64,000 bases of DNA, taken from positions 12,710,001 through 12,774,000 of the forward strand of contig NC_045138.2 of assembly GCF_008831285.2 (NCBI RefSeq), read 5' to 3'. Under the pieces are notes generated by a model that saw nothing but the letters and a program-made list of their open reading frames with translations, did not search any database and was not told the DNA's origin. The position numbers and the translations under genes are program-made. Of this stretch, positions 12,651 through 26,829 are shown piece after piece (within the stretch, counting starts at the first letter, position 1; each line of letters opens with the position of its first letter). Source of the stretch: Nymphaea colorata. Lineage: Eukaryota.

Positions 12651-13204
12651 TTGCTTTGGTATTAGATGAGACCAGGACGAAGTTGCATTGGGATATACAT
12701 TGAAGTGCCGTCAATTGTTTAATTAGTTTAAATACGTTCTCTTATGAATTAATTTTACGAAGAATTATAAATACCCACTTAACAATTAAAGGATTTATGA
12801 AAAAAACCGCTCAACTTTTGAAAATTTACATTGGAAATCTAGCTAGATGCTAATTCTCAAATAATCGCCTTAGCCATGGCAGCCGAGGGAAAACGTTGAG
12901 GGAAATTTTTTTTTGAACGGGAAAGATTTTGCGTGGAATTGAAATTAATAAGGGAAAAGAAAATTGTTTTTCTAAGTGACAATTTTACCCTTAAATAAAT
13001 GAGAAATACCCAAAAACAAAAGGCATCCTGCCCCCTTCATCTTTCATCTCTCTAATTTGTTGAATCTTGATTAACGAAACTATCATAGAAATAAACAGTT
13101 AATCATCGTCACGTGGCCGATTCTTCGGCCCAATATTCTCATATTTGAGTCGTGCACTCCAAATTACAGAGGTGACAAGGGTTTGATGGGAAGTTTTTTT
13201 TTTT

Positions 13205-13400
13205 TGACGAAATTCAAAGGAAATTGCAAGAATATATGGAAAAATCGATAATAATATCCATCTATTGGTGGCTAGAATCATGTTCTCTCTTCCATTCCCA
13301 ATATTGATGTTGCGTCACTTCATGCCTTCCAGTTAAACTGTCAACCAAATTGAAATCATCCTCAAAAAGTTCCTTTGGCATGATAAAAAAGACAAAGGGA
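13205..13400 (+). mobile_element. L1 LINE reverse-transcriptase C-terminal remnant
   Basis: Translates to ...VNQIEIILKKFLWHDKK, resembling the plant L1 IEK..R.FLW motif; frameshifted. Confidence 0.45.
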
Positions 13401-13555
13401 TGAGAACATTTTCAATGTACGATATTCAAGCTAGCTCGATGCTTGAGATCAATAAAAATACAATTTCTATTCCCCTGGATCGCGACTACCAATTCGTTAA
13501 GAATTTCAATTACTTGTGAACATCATGGATTAAGGCCTTCAAATGAGTTCAAAAC

Positions 13556-13934
13556 TAGGGCTGCACATGAGCCGAGTCAAGCCCAAGTTTGGCCAGCTTG
13601 AGCTTGACTTGACCGCACAAAATAGAGCTCTAACTCAACTTGTTTAACCCATTTAACTTGTTTAGACGTTAACTCTTTTAACGTTACTCATATAAGCATT
13701 AACTCGTTCAACTCGTGTATGCGTTAATTCGTGTAACTCGTAGAACCAGTTTTTGCAATATTATATAAAGCACCGGTTTGCAAGTTGAGTCGAGTATAAC
13801 TGGGTTGAGTTCTTGAAACTCGAACTCAACTCGTTTATCATTTTGAACATCTTTGTAAGCTAGAACTCAGCTCATTTATAAACGAGTCGAGCTGGAGCCA
13901 AATTTTTTGAGTGAGTTATCGTTGTGCAGCCTTA
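13556..13934. mobile_element. hAT-type MITE (CGAGC/AACTCG-rich family), 379 bp
   Basis: TIRs TAGGGCTGCACA / TGTGCAGCCTTA. Perfect 8-bp TSD TTCAAAAC at 13548-13555 and 13935-13942. Confidence 0.88.
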
Positions 13935-14495
13935 TTCAAAACCATAAAGACGACGCCATATATGGTCACTCCTGCTCCACGTAGGCCTTCATTCCCACGG
14001 GTGGATCTTTTAATGCCAAAAGCATACTATCTTTCCTTCCTAGCTCTAGAGGAACCCGAGTTGGCTCGACTCGTCATGCCCTACTTTTAGGACATTTCTG
14101 ATCTCCCAATGCATTTCTGTCAAGACCGTGCACCTGCATGTGTGGTCACCAGGACGTAACTGGGCTCCAAACTCACCTGAAGTGCTAGAGGCCAGTAAAC
14201 ATAAGCTTCATCACTGAAGCTTTGTTCTAGCTGCTCGCAATGTGGGCAAAAGCCTGGGACACCTTAATTTGGGTTTCATCTTGTCCACACTTGAGTCGTT
14301 TGCCCAAGCCTCATAACCGGCATCTTTCCCTCAAGGAGGATCTTTCTGCTTCATTGAGCCCTTGTATTTTCAACAAGGAACAGGTGAATTGCTCGGGCAT
14401 GGATTGCAGAACTTATTCAAATTTTTGGACGAATAAAAGCATTACAAAAAAAAAAAAAAAAAAAGGAACAACCAAACATAACGAGAATCATTTTT

Positions 14496-14738
14496 CTAAC
14501 TTTCATACTCGGGGGTGGAATCAAGGGAGGCTGAATCAGAATCTGCTTCTAATCTTGAAAGAACGTCGGGCACTCCAGCAGTATTCCTTATTATCTGCAT
14601 ACAATAAACATTCATTTACGCATAAAATGGTAGATGAGAAAGCTACAACTGATATTTGATAAATCTGTCAACAGAACTCAACATCAGGTTATTCAAGCTC
14701 CGTTAACGTGTAAGGTCTCACAAAGTATGGGATCTAGC

Positions 14739-14775
<37 letters not shown>

Positions 14776-17022
14776 AGAGAGAGAGAGAGAGTGAAAGAGA
14801 GAGAAAGAGCTGCAGCATTCATGTTTCAGGATGATTCTATAAGCTTCATTTCCAAAAGAAAAGCATATGAGACAATGCCAGGATGTCATGAATATCGTGC
14901 TTAATCCAAGAAAATTAAAGACATGCAAATGTCACCTAATAAACACAGTTAAAACTATAAACAGCCAATCATTTCGATTACTATGGTGTTTCCTTGTTTA
15001 GTGGCTAACAGCATCTTTCATATGTTCATCAAACTTAAAAAGGAAGGACAAAATATTGGTCAGCTTCAGTTTTTCTTGTATCAGGAGAAGGCATGTAATC
15101 AATTAACATAACAGAGTTTCTCAAAAGAAGGCATCAGTTCTGTAAGCCTACAACCTAGATTGAAAGGAGAAAGCTACTTACTAATATTTCTTCATCCAGG
15201 TATGATACCATAAACATTCGCTGGAAAGTCCCACCTGAAACACATTAATATGGTCAGCCACAAGTTAATGGCCAGCAGTAATTAGTAAAACATTCCTACA
15301 CTCCATGTAGCTAACTACAATTCATACGTGGAGATGAAAACAAATTAAACAAGCTATCTCATGATTATTGACAAGCACAAGTCAAGATTGATTTCTGATC
15401 AGTACAAATCCCTCAAAGGCTAGGCGTGTATCCACTTATAAGGACCCCCATGCAAATTTCTAGCTCTCAAGAAAAAAGCTAACATTCTAATCCAGTAAGA
15501 CTTAGTTGCTAAGGATCTCCAGAATCTCACCAAGAGGAACTTTAAGCCCGTCAGACATGAAGTCCCTTATAGGGAGTGGCAACTGCTGAAGTGCACCAAG
15601 TGCTTGTTCATATGCACCCTTAATCTGCTCCGGTAGAGCCTCTTCCCGAATGGATGGCCTCTCGATTACTCCCTCAGTGTACTCTTCACTCATTCTCAAT
15701 GGCCCTTCCACAGCCAACTTTGTGGTGATAATAAACTTAGTTTCAATCTGCATTTCAAAATTACTTCATTAGAGGTTCTTCATTTTTCCATCTAACTGTA
15801 TGCTGATGAAGACACAACATGATGCAAAAACTCTATCAAACTTCTTGTGGTTAAATATAAACCAAATGAAAGGTTTTGAGATTTTTAATATGCTACTTAC
15901 AGCCGTATTCTAGATGTTTTTTGATAAACAGTGGTTACAAGCTTATGCAATCAAAATCCACCTGCAAGATATTTCATCTTTAGCACAGTGAAGGTTAGAA
16001 ATGGATCAAGACAGTGTTTGACTAACTACAAATTTAGTGACAACTTGGCTCATCCTTGTTTTTTATTCATTACAAAGTATTTTATCTTCACATCCACAAA
16101 TAAGCATATCATCCTATGTGACTAGATGAAGGTATAATCACCAGCGCTCCTATGATCATTAAAGTTTTCCCCTTTCAACTGCCTACGAATAGAATCATCA
16201 AGGTTCCTACTTCCCGGACATCCTAATAAATTAGTCTCATGCTGGCAGGAGCAATTTAATTCTAGTACATGATACGCTTAAGGTGATTTTACAAATAAAT
16301 ACACTTGAATTCCAAATTCATGTTTAATGCAGACATTGATGAGCATTAGATGATGATAATGATAACTTATGATGAGACAAATTTTTTTATGATTTACTGG
16401 TGTGACCTAAGGGAAAGGTTCAAAATGAACATGTGATTTTAGATTAGAACCTTTCAGCCAGATGATTACCGAGTTAAAAAGTTGTAGACTTGCAGTAGCT
16501 TTGGCATAGCTGTCCTTGATAAGCACATCTAATCCCAACAACTTTGCAACAGGTGAAGGAAATCTCCTGGAAGAAACAATCCACCAGTTCTAATAACTTC
16601 CAGAGATTTGTGTAAAATCAATGCCTATTTTCCAGCTATTGACATGCATTTTGCAATATATGAGACATTTCTCAGGTACAAAAAAGGCAATTTATGGGAA
16701 AAAAATAAATAAATATGGACCCATCATGATAATGCATTACCAAATAAGACTTCTAATCCTTGAGATGACATTGGAACCAATATGACTATGATGATAATGC
16801 ATTTCCAAGTAAGACTTCTAATCCTTGAGATATCATATTTGGAACCAATACAATTATGCATGGAAAACATTACTTTAAACCAGATAACATGACAATAACA
16901 TCTGGTAGTGATGCCATTGCTATCAAAACCTCATGGGCTCATTATTAAACAGAAAACTTTTCATACATAAATGCACATAGATAAACTAATTAAGCAAATA
17001 ATAGTGCAAGCATGGTTGCACA

Positions 17023-17085
<63 letters not shown>

Positions 17086-18311
17086 AGGTAACTACCAGAC
17101 CCTCATATAGTAGACTTGATGGGAATTATCTAACCATTGATTCTAAGAAGATTAAACGGTGGAGATAAAGTTGCAAGTATATAAGCGAAAATATTTTTTT
17201 AATAAGATTTGAAATATCCCTCAAAGGAGACAACAGGTTTCATTTAGGAAACTGATTTGTTTACCTCTTCTTCTTCTTCTTCTTCTTCTTCTTCTTCTTC
17301 TTCTTCTTCTTCTTCTTCTCTCTCTCTCTCTCTCTTTTCCTTTGAAGAGTATCTCGGACTCTTGAAAAACAGTTTGACTTCTATATTTACAACTTAACTT
17401 CCACCATCTGATCTTCTTGGAATCTAAGTCTGATTCCTATCAAAGTATCGTATATGAGGGTCTGGTAGCTACTATTTTCCTATGTGTATACACACACACA
17501 TATATATATGGAACATCCGAACATGGCCAACAAAAAATAGGACCACTGGTGTGGATTAACTTCAACCATCTTATCTAACTCTATCAGACCCTTACCAAGG
17601 CTGTCAGTTCTAAAGGGAGAGTCGAAATGTTTAGTTTTTGAAAAATGATGACATGTTTCTGTTTTCCAAATAGTTACTTGCTCGTGCCGATTTGTAAGCT
17701 ATGTAACATATGCTCAGGTGCAGGTGCAGGTGCAGGTGTGGTAGCTGACTCAGTCAATGTGAGTCAGGTGTGGCTGAGCTGACCCAACCTTTTATGTTCA
17801 AGTTGGGTGCATACCAAACTTGAGTCACAAGTTGGGTGCAGTCAAATTCCACAAAGCCTAAAATTATCCTTTTATTGAGTTTTATGAAAAAAAAAATATT
17901 CAAACCCCCCTTTAGGGTTCAATTTTCACCTCATGCCCTCACATGTTCAACATAAAGATTTTATGCAACATATCGCACCTCAGATGCCCCCAAATCTTCA
18001 CAGATAAGCAGCTCAGCAGACCCCTATCGGATGCTCAGCATGGCTCCTCCAAACCGTGTTCCTTTCTTTTCACTCTAATATGACTCTAATACCATATCTT
18101 ATAGAGTTGACAGGAAGAACTCAAGACTTCAGAAGAGAAATCATCATAAGGGCATGGAAGAGTGGACACCCTCAGGCCCTAGAGTAACACAAAATTCTGG
18201 ACCAAAATAGCCATGAAAAAAATGCCTATCTACAACAATGGTACATGACTAAGAAGCCAAAAGAGAAAAAGTGTGGATAAATAAGGCTATGAAATAGTTA
18301 CAGAACAAATC

Positions 18312-18346
<35 letters not shown>

Positions 18347-19521
18347 ACTCATGAATGAACAATTTTGTATTTTTAATATGTATGTCTGTGTAACACCCGC
18401 ACATACACATGCACCTGTGTGATGTAAAACCATGTTGATCAGATGGTCAAAGTCACTCCACACCAGTCTCATATTTGTTAATGCACATATTACATAGGCA
18501 CAATACATTTTTAGTTATTTATCTATTTACTTGTTCATATACTGAAAATCTTGAACTCCATAAAAGGCTTATTTGACACACTGAGCTACTTAGATATTAT
18601 GACACCTTGAATTCAGACTTCTACACCAAGTCATGACTGTGTAGCATATCAAGACAGCAACTTTCTGGAACACCAGTTTTCAGTTTGAGTAATCTTTGCA
18701 ACAGGAAATGTCAAAGCTGCAAAAGGGGCAAAAAGTCTTCAAAAAATAAAGCAATATAAAAAATAACATTTAAAAAATTAAAACCTAAGGCCAAAACTTT
18801 TACTATATTGCAGCATGAAATTCTGCACTTCCACCATACCACATATAATATGTTTTGAGTTGTACCTTACAATTCAACTTGTTCATCTGTAGGAAACCAT
18901 AAACAGTTTCATGTCTTTCTATTTCTTTATCATCATTTTTTAATTACCAAAGAAAAATTTTGGAATGAAATTTCCAGTATTGTACAGAACTGTGGCTGCA
19001 CAGCCCGAATCTAAATGACTAGGTTTGAACATAGAAATCCAACTCAGACATTCTTCAGATTTGCAGGCCTGACCCTGTTCACATGCGCCAGTTGGTGTCA
19101 AGGACATTATTTATAATAGTCCTTTCAACAAGAAACAAATGGAGCTTCAAACTAAGATATTGATCAACAATGTAGCTGTAGGACCAAATTAGTAATACTT
19201 CCTGGTGGAAGGCTGCTCATAGGCTCACGAACTAGCATATCAAACATGTCAGATCTATACTGTGAGGAGTTCTCAAAGTAGCTGTACATAAGAAATCATC
19301 AGCTGCTGACCAATGAGACTACTCCATTCAAGAGGGGACCTTGCTACTGGGAGTTCACCTTTTTCCACAAGTGATAGGAGGACCAAAGAGATATGAAGGT
19401 GATGACAGAAAAGTTCAGCGCTCATGCTCTCAACTAATGAAAATATCATTGTTGGGGACTTGCCCTACTTATTTTGATTAAGACACTGTGTTATGAAGAG
19501 TATAACTTCAATTGAGGACAA

Positions 19522-19558
<37 letters not shown>

Positions 19559-19744
19559 AACCCAGTGCTTGTGCTTCTCTAGATGTGCGTCTGCATTCAA
19601 ATAATGGTCAACTCATGTGTTTCGACCTTCTATCCAGCACTAAAATCATGCGACCAAACTATGGTTTCCATAGCTTCAATACAACCCCAGTGGGTCAGAC
19701 CCCCAACCAATTCATGGCCTTGATTGGTATCACAAACCCAACTC

Positions 19745-19809
<65 letters not shown>

Positions 19810-22800
19810 GAGAGAAAGAACTTGTTTGGAGCCCAATTTGATCATTGTAAAAAATAATAAGATCAGATAGTCTGCTTACTCAAGTAAAATCCTTGCAGCA
19901 AATAATCCTGGTGTACCTGCTCCAAACCACTCAAAATTCCACCGCCCTTCCAGGAATGGTGAACTGAAAAAACAATAGCAGTGTTAGGAATATAGGAATC
20001 ATAAAACTAAACCATTTCAAGAGTACATAAAATTGCTGGCTCTGTTAACTTCCCTAGAAAAATCAAAATTTAGTGTTTCGGGAAATCCTCACGTAGTAGG
20101 CCGAGGTGTAGGGTTGAGCCGCTCAAGACTAGTAATTCTTTCATTTACATCAATGCGTTGTACATCTGTTGTCTTTCCAGTAAGCAATGCATCTAAGCCA
20201 CCAGAATCTTTGAACTGAAATAGTACAAATAAATTAAAAAGCATGAGCAAAACATAATATGTTGAACTGTAGAAAAGATTGTTGACCAGCGATATCATAT
20301 TAAGGCAAAACTAAATAACGGCAGGTAAAGAAAATCAATCTACACTGCTTGGCATTATTTATTTTTGAATTTAAAGATTTCAAATGCAAGCAGCTTTATA
20401 CATGCTCCATGTCTTAAAGATCAAGTGTTTTAATTTGGCAAATCAAACAAAAAAACCATTAATCCCGGTTTAGTAGTACTAGCAAACATATAACATTAGA
20501 AAGGTTGACCAGTAAATTTCACTGTACGGAAATATGTCATCAGCTGGTTAGATCCTGAATGGTTTTTGTACCAACGCAGATGTAACATACATTGGACAAA
20601 GGTGCAGTCACTGCAGCCACCAAGAGGTAGTTAGCAGTCCCTTTCTTGACACAGTCACACAGCGAAAAACACATGATCTCATAAAATGGAAGCCCACTAT
20701 TCTCTGGTTTGTTAAGCGTAAGTAACTTAAGATGTTCCACTCTGGGCTTCTGCCATTTGAGAAAATCCAACCTCCAAATGTTATTCATCTAACACACTAA
20801 GTGTAACCTTATGGCATGAGCTGACAGATATAACTCAACCAAATCGATCTTCCGCTATAGATGGTTTTCAATGATGCAACATCAAGTCATAATGCCAAAG
20901 GTGCATGAACCTATTTGATGGGTGAATTTCTGGAAGTCCTATAAAGGTAAATTTACTTGTTAGGCTATGATGGACAAATATCAAGTCCTCATGGGTGTCT
21001 TAGCCAGTATCATTTCCAAGTGTCCCAATCGGAGGTACCCAGCTCAACATGTTAAAACGGTAAATCTCATTGATGATGAAGTTCCAACATTTAATTTCAG
21101 AGGTATATAAATTGATGATATGTTATTATTGTAGCATATATCTCACCATGATAAACTACAAAAAAATATTTTTTTATCATTTGATGCATATGTAGATGGT
21201 AGTCCAATGATAGGCACAAATATTTTTTTAGTCCCATAAGATGTTTATGTATTTATAAACCAAGCATAGATATTGTACAAAATCAAGAGCAAACTCATGG
21301 CAACGTAACAATTTGAATTAAACATTTCTTCTGTTGTAAGTTTGTAACAGTTCAAGAAGTTTTTCCTTATGTTTAAATTTGCACTTGTGATGTTCTAGGT
21401 CTGGACGACTCTTTTTATTTTTCTATGCTTAATTTCAGTCATCAAATCCTTATACTACAATGCATGCTAAATACTGTGAATATTTTTTTGGTGTTCTAAG
21501 GTTTACATTGAACTTCATAATGCGGCAGAGCAATGATCCAACACCAAAATTTGGATATGAGCATGATTTTCAAGGTCCCTTAGATGTAAGGTTAAATTTA
21601 TCATATGCAGTAAAATCCTAAAAAATCTGGACAGGCTGTTACAGACAAATTCGTGTACAACTGCTCCAAGGGCAAATTTAACTCACCAAATGTGTGCAAG
21701 AGATATCATCTGTTTTAAGATAAGCAAGAGCTGCAAGAGATATGCATTCAGAGAATAATCTGCACAAATTATTATAGAACTTGAAGCTCATTAAGCAGAT
21801 CAGAGTCATGGATTCACAATGCAAAAGTTGCACAATGCACACATCATAATGATAATAAACTTGAAGATGGCAAAGTGACTGATTGGTCATTATGACACTT
21901 GGATTTATGCTCTATTTAGATGAATGTATTGTCACTATTGTGAATGCACTTTTGAATTTTAAATTAACTGCTTGGTGACTACTTGAACTAAATGCATGAA
22001 ATTACCATCTAGACATGACTTACTTTATTGAATTTCCTATTTAATTTGCTCAATAATGACTGATCATACTTTATATGTCATTTTTTTATTCTTTTACCAT
22101 CTTTTGTTTTTTCTAAAGGGTTTACGCTTTTGCATCATTTTTTTCCTTTTTTTCTTTTTTGACTTTTTATTTTTCAATTTTTATTGGAATTTTTAATTTT
22201 AAAAAAAAATTAATCAATCAGATTGAAAAACGATTCTTTATCCAATTCAATTCTCTAATTCACTGGACCATTCGATTTTATGATTCAATTCAAAAACTGA
22301 TTTTGATAACATTAAGGAAAACTGCTTGAAAGTTGGCAGTTTTACAAAAAATGCAACTCCCAATTGTACATCTGCTTGAAGGATAAGTACGTGAATAATA
22401 GAGCCTCTTAATTCACGTCAAAACAGAAAATGTAACACTCCATCTAATTCATTACAAACATGGGTGTAAAAGCACTAACGTATAGATAAATGCATGTAGT
22501 CGATGTATAAAAATTATAATGCATGTCATGCATTATCAGTCCAACTGGTATGTAGTATGTACTACACCATTTTAATGATATGGTACAGATAAGCCATGAC
22601 TTTGTTGTTGTGTTAGGCAACGTCGTGCTATGAAAGGGGAAAAAAAAGTTCACTAAATATAAGCAAAAGATACATCAAATGTAATGAGCAAGAGAGAGAT
22701 AGAGAGAGAGAGAAAGAACCGGGGCTCTTGATGAATGTATAGGCATCCAAAGAGAATAGGTTTTCTTTTCAGGGTGGCTCCCCACGTAATTCGATAGACC

Positions 22801-23501
22801 AATTTAGCAAGAACCAACGAATGCACATCGGGGATTTAACTCATAATAGATACTCAACACTTTTCCATTAAAAAGCCAATTTTTCAAATGAAAAGTCGCA
22901 TGGTCACGAAGATGAGGAAGCAACGAAAAGCCCAATACTCTATAGTTAGAGTAAGAAGGATCTCCACTAACAAGAGAAAGCAGTAAATGAGGATCCTGTT
23001 TCCTTGATCAATTTATCCTGAGCCTAATTCATCACAACGAGGACTGTCAAATGAGATGAAGGGGATAGAGGGGAGAACAGACCTTAAAGGGACAAGCGAA
23101 TGAAGTACCTTCATGAGGAATACCGGAAAAACAATAGATGGTTTCCATCATCCTTTAGATTGAGTACGTAATCTTGAGAAGGGAACAAGAAAGGAGTGGA
23201 AAGACTAAAGAAGAATGAGACAGAGTAAGAAGAACGAGAGGAAGTATAAGCAGAAACTCACAGCCAATAGCAGGGACTCTTTAGCGGAAAGCCTCTCCAT
23301 CTCCTTGGCGTAGGCAGCCGACGCCCCGATAGCCGCCGTCTGTCCTGCAGTTGCTTTCACAACTCCGAGCCTGCAATTCCTCCTGCTCCGGGTGAAAACC
23401 CCATTTGGCGAGGCCCGCCCATTTCCTATACTTTCACGGGAACGACTCACTCCCATCCACATGCATCCGAATGCAGTGGTCAGGTCAAGAACAGCAGCCA
23501 T
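14496..23501 (-). CDS. FBN7: Plastid-lipid-associated protein / fibrillin, FBN7 (PGL34/PAP13)-like, 303 aa
   Basis: Exons 23501-23262, 20214-20093, 19963-19880, 16566-16470, 15747-15531, 15234-15182 and 14594-14496, all GT-AG and in phase (912 nt). Transit-peptide-like N-terminus, then AYAKEMERLSAKESLLLA, LERLNPTPRPTTSPFLEGRWNFEWFG and SYLDEEILIIRN motifs. Confidence 0.9.
17085..17481. mobile_element. MITE with long TIRs beside a (TA)n tract in FBN7 intron 3
   Basis: Arms GGTAACTACCAGACCCTCATATA / TATATGAGGGTCTGGTAGCTACT. Flanked by (TA)n on the left and TA/CA repeats on the right. Homologous to 30378-30722. Confidence 0.75.
17699..18497. mobile_element. Possible non-autonomous TIR element (CTATGTAAC...TTACATAG family); related segment at ~48970-49247 in a CNX2 intron
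   Basis: Left end CTATGTAACATATGC, right end GCACATATTACATAG, with subterminal CAGGTG repeats. Confidence 0.4.
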
Positions 23502-25061
23502 CAGAGCGAAAGAAAAAAGAGGAACAAATCTCGATTATGTTTCCTGAGCAGGTGGAGGTACAGAGGGCAAGTAAAGATATTGAACGAAATAACTCTCTTC
23601 TTCTTCTTCTTCTTCTTCTTCTTCAGCTCCTCACTTGCGACTTGCACAGATTGTAACCAACTCACTGAGTGGAGGTTCTGGAACTGTGGACTGTCGTGGC
23701 ACTTGAGAGAGGGTGGTTGGAGATGCAAAACGAAGCGAAGTCCTCCTCTTTCACACATTATAATGCAATATAATGTTCCGCTTTTATCCGAACGGCTGAT
23801 TTTTTATCTTAAATTAATTGAGTTCGCTAGTTTGTCCTAAATGAATCTAAAAGGAATGAAAACAAACTAAACGATGTTTACGTATCCGTCCTCAATTCCT
23901 AGGACTACAAGTTTAATTTACTTTCTGTATTAATTTCTAGAGCACCTTTTAGGTATTCTCGTCGTCACAAATATAAATCTTCCTACCATCTAGCCCTCCG
24001 TTTAGTCACGGCCACTTGTTCTTGTTACAATGCATTTGGTGAACTTGATTAAACATTCCATCCAGAGGCAAGATATATATATATATATATATAGAACCAC
24101 AAGGCCTAAACACAAAGAAAAAGAAAGTTCTCTCTGTCTCTTTACGCATAGAAATGTAAACAAAGAAATTATTCCACATTTTACACCAACATATTAGTTG
24201 TTGCTGCTCCCCAGTGCATGAAGAAACTCTAAAAATGAATTGGTATGACGCATTCGTTTGATTTGAAAAGAAAGCAGGAATTAAAACAACCTTTAACAAA
24301 GAAAAAATGTGATACAAGAAACAATAATGTGATTAGATGCCTTGGCATCATAATAACAAAAACAGAAAGGTGATAAATTGGTCCACAAAGAAGCGGCTTA
24401 TGAAAAAAACAAAAAATAAACAGAATCAGTTGCTTTGTGTATGTCATTAATGTCAGTTAACTGGATGTTTTGTTAGAAATTTTGAACCAGGAAATGATAA
24501 AAAGTCTAGCAGATGAGGGACAAGGCTAACAATGAGAGCACACATTTTAGGTGGATCTCAGATTTCTAGCTCCTTAATAGGGAGCAAATTCAAATAATAA
24601 TAATAATAAGTCATCTAAAACGAAGATATTAGAGAATTCAACTTCTTACTAGGACACTAAAAGAAAGAGTAGAAATCAGGAGAAACTCAACACGTAAAAA
24701 AATAAATGAACATGAAGTACTATATGAGCATTCAAATTACAAGAAACAAATCTGAAGAAGAAACCTGCGGACTATTTCAGAACGTTGTAAAATCTTATTG
24801 TTTGCTTGAAGAAGAAAGTTGTGAAAAACAATCAGAAACATCTCGCTCAAAATACTAGCGAGCCAGAGACTCGTGATTGTTGGCTTTGATGAGTTTTTAC
24901 GTGTGGCTTCAAGCAAGCTTTCCCTGTTCATATTATTACATTTCAAACGTTAGCAACTAAATTGGACAAAGAAATCCTGAATGAAAGTTTTATACCTACC
25001 AAAATCCAAGCAACAAAATTTTAAATCCGGAGAGTCCGTCGGCAAGGGGAGGTGCCGGCCG

Positions 25062-25193
<132 letters not shown>

Positions 25194-25644
25194 CATTAGC
25201 GATGGTTTATGATGACTTTAACAACAATTTATGGTCTTTTATTGGCAAACTTTTAAATTTTAGTTATTCGGCAACTATTCGGCACCACATATTGATTTTT
25301 TTTTATATATAATACAGGTTTGTGTTAAAATATCTAGTTATGAGGATGCGGCCAATTTCTTGTTGGTCAACTATATGAATTGTAATTTGGCCAGTTGAAT
25401 AACCTTCAAATTGATAGGCATGTTTGCTGTGATCGGGTCCTCCACCTTCATTCTGACGATTATGTACAAGTATATAAAGGAAGAGAATTTCCTATAACTG
25501 CCATGGTCAGCAAATCAAGAACGCCTTCTTTTACTTGCCATTTTCCGATTGACTCATTCTTTCTTTTAAAGTACCAACATATGTTATACCTTAGGCCCCA
25601 AACACGTGGTTGTGTTAGGGCTGAAACTGAAACAAATATTTTTA

Positions 25645-26106
25645 TGCACACGAGCCAAGTCGAACCCAATTCCAACTCGATCTGACTCGACTAAAAAAAC
25701 TCAAGCACGAACTTGACTAGAAGTCGAGCTCGAACTGGACTCGACAATACTACATTGAGCTCAAACTCGAGTTGAGCTGGATAAAACGTCGACAATACAA
25801 CTTTGAGCTCAAATTCACCTTGTTTAACTTGTTCAATTAAGCATGTTTCATTTCTTTTACTCGTTAACTCGTTTAGTTGTTACTGGTTTAACTCTTTTCT
25901 CATTATAATTCAACATTCATTTCATCATCGAGTCAAGTGGAGTTTAAACTAGTCAAGTTATAAAACTAGAACTCAACTTGTTTAACGTTTCAACTATACA
26001 TTTGAACTTGAGTTTGACCTGTTTATCAGCGTGTTGAGTTCGAGATGAATTTTGATGAGCAAGTTCAAGTCAAGCTCGTGCGGGCTCTACTCGTTGTGCA
26101 GACCCT
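25645..26106. mobile_element. Degenerate copy of the CGAGC-rich hAT MITE family
   Basis: GCACACGAGCC start, CTCGTTGTGCAGACCCT end and repeated AACTCGA/TCGAG motifs. TSD not identified. Confidence 0.6.
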
Positions 26107-26829
26107 TCTTATATGGACAAAGTGAAAATTTGGAAAAAATAATGTTGTTATAAAAAAAAAATGAAAATACGCCTCTAATAAAATGGTGGAATATCTTGCT
26201 TCATCACCTAACATGGAAGCCGGCCACTTTAGAATACAAACACATTCATCTTTGCCTTAGTACACCGGATTCACTAAAATGACTTATTTACTTATGTACA
26301 AAATGAAACAATTGTTTTTTTTAAAGCTAGTATTAAATGAAGTGTTGAGTCAAATTAAGAAAACCTAATGATTCAATCAAGCGGTAAATGAAAATTAGAA
26401 TTAGAATTATTTGTGAGCAAATGAAACAAGATATTAAAAAATTACAAAAGAAAAAGTTGACGAATTGGGCAATAACAAATCACTCTTCAAATTTTTAAAG
26501 TTAAATTCCTTTCATAATTCTCAAATTGCTGCCTTTAAATGAAAAATGTTAATTGAAAAATGTTATGTACAGAAATACCCTTTTCAAACAAATCATCCTA
26601 AGAAAAGACCCGATCGACTGTGAGGGTCTCTATGGAGATAACCTAGGGGCAGATAGAAGAGACCACAATGGTGAGAGAAGTCCAAATAAAAAAAAAAAAT
26701 TAAAGTTAATTTTAAAATTTTCATTTATCCTATAAAAGAATTTTGAAACTATAATTTGGCCCCCTCATGAAAAATTCCTACCTCCGTCCCTGATGGCAGA
26801 TGAAGAATTGGGTGAGAAAGCGGGAGCGT

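Noticed and set aside
20800..21900. Possible hAT remnant in FBN7 intron 1
   Set aside because: Only vague motif similarity; no continuous alignment can be made by eye.
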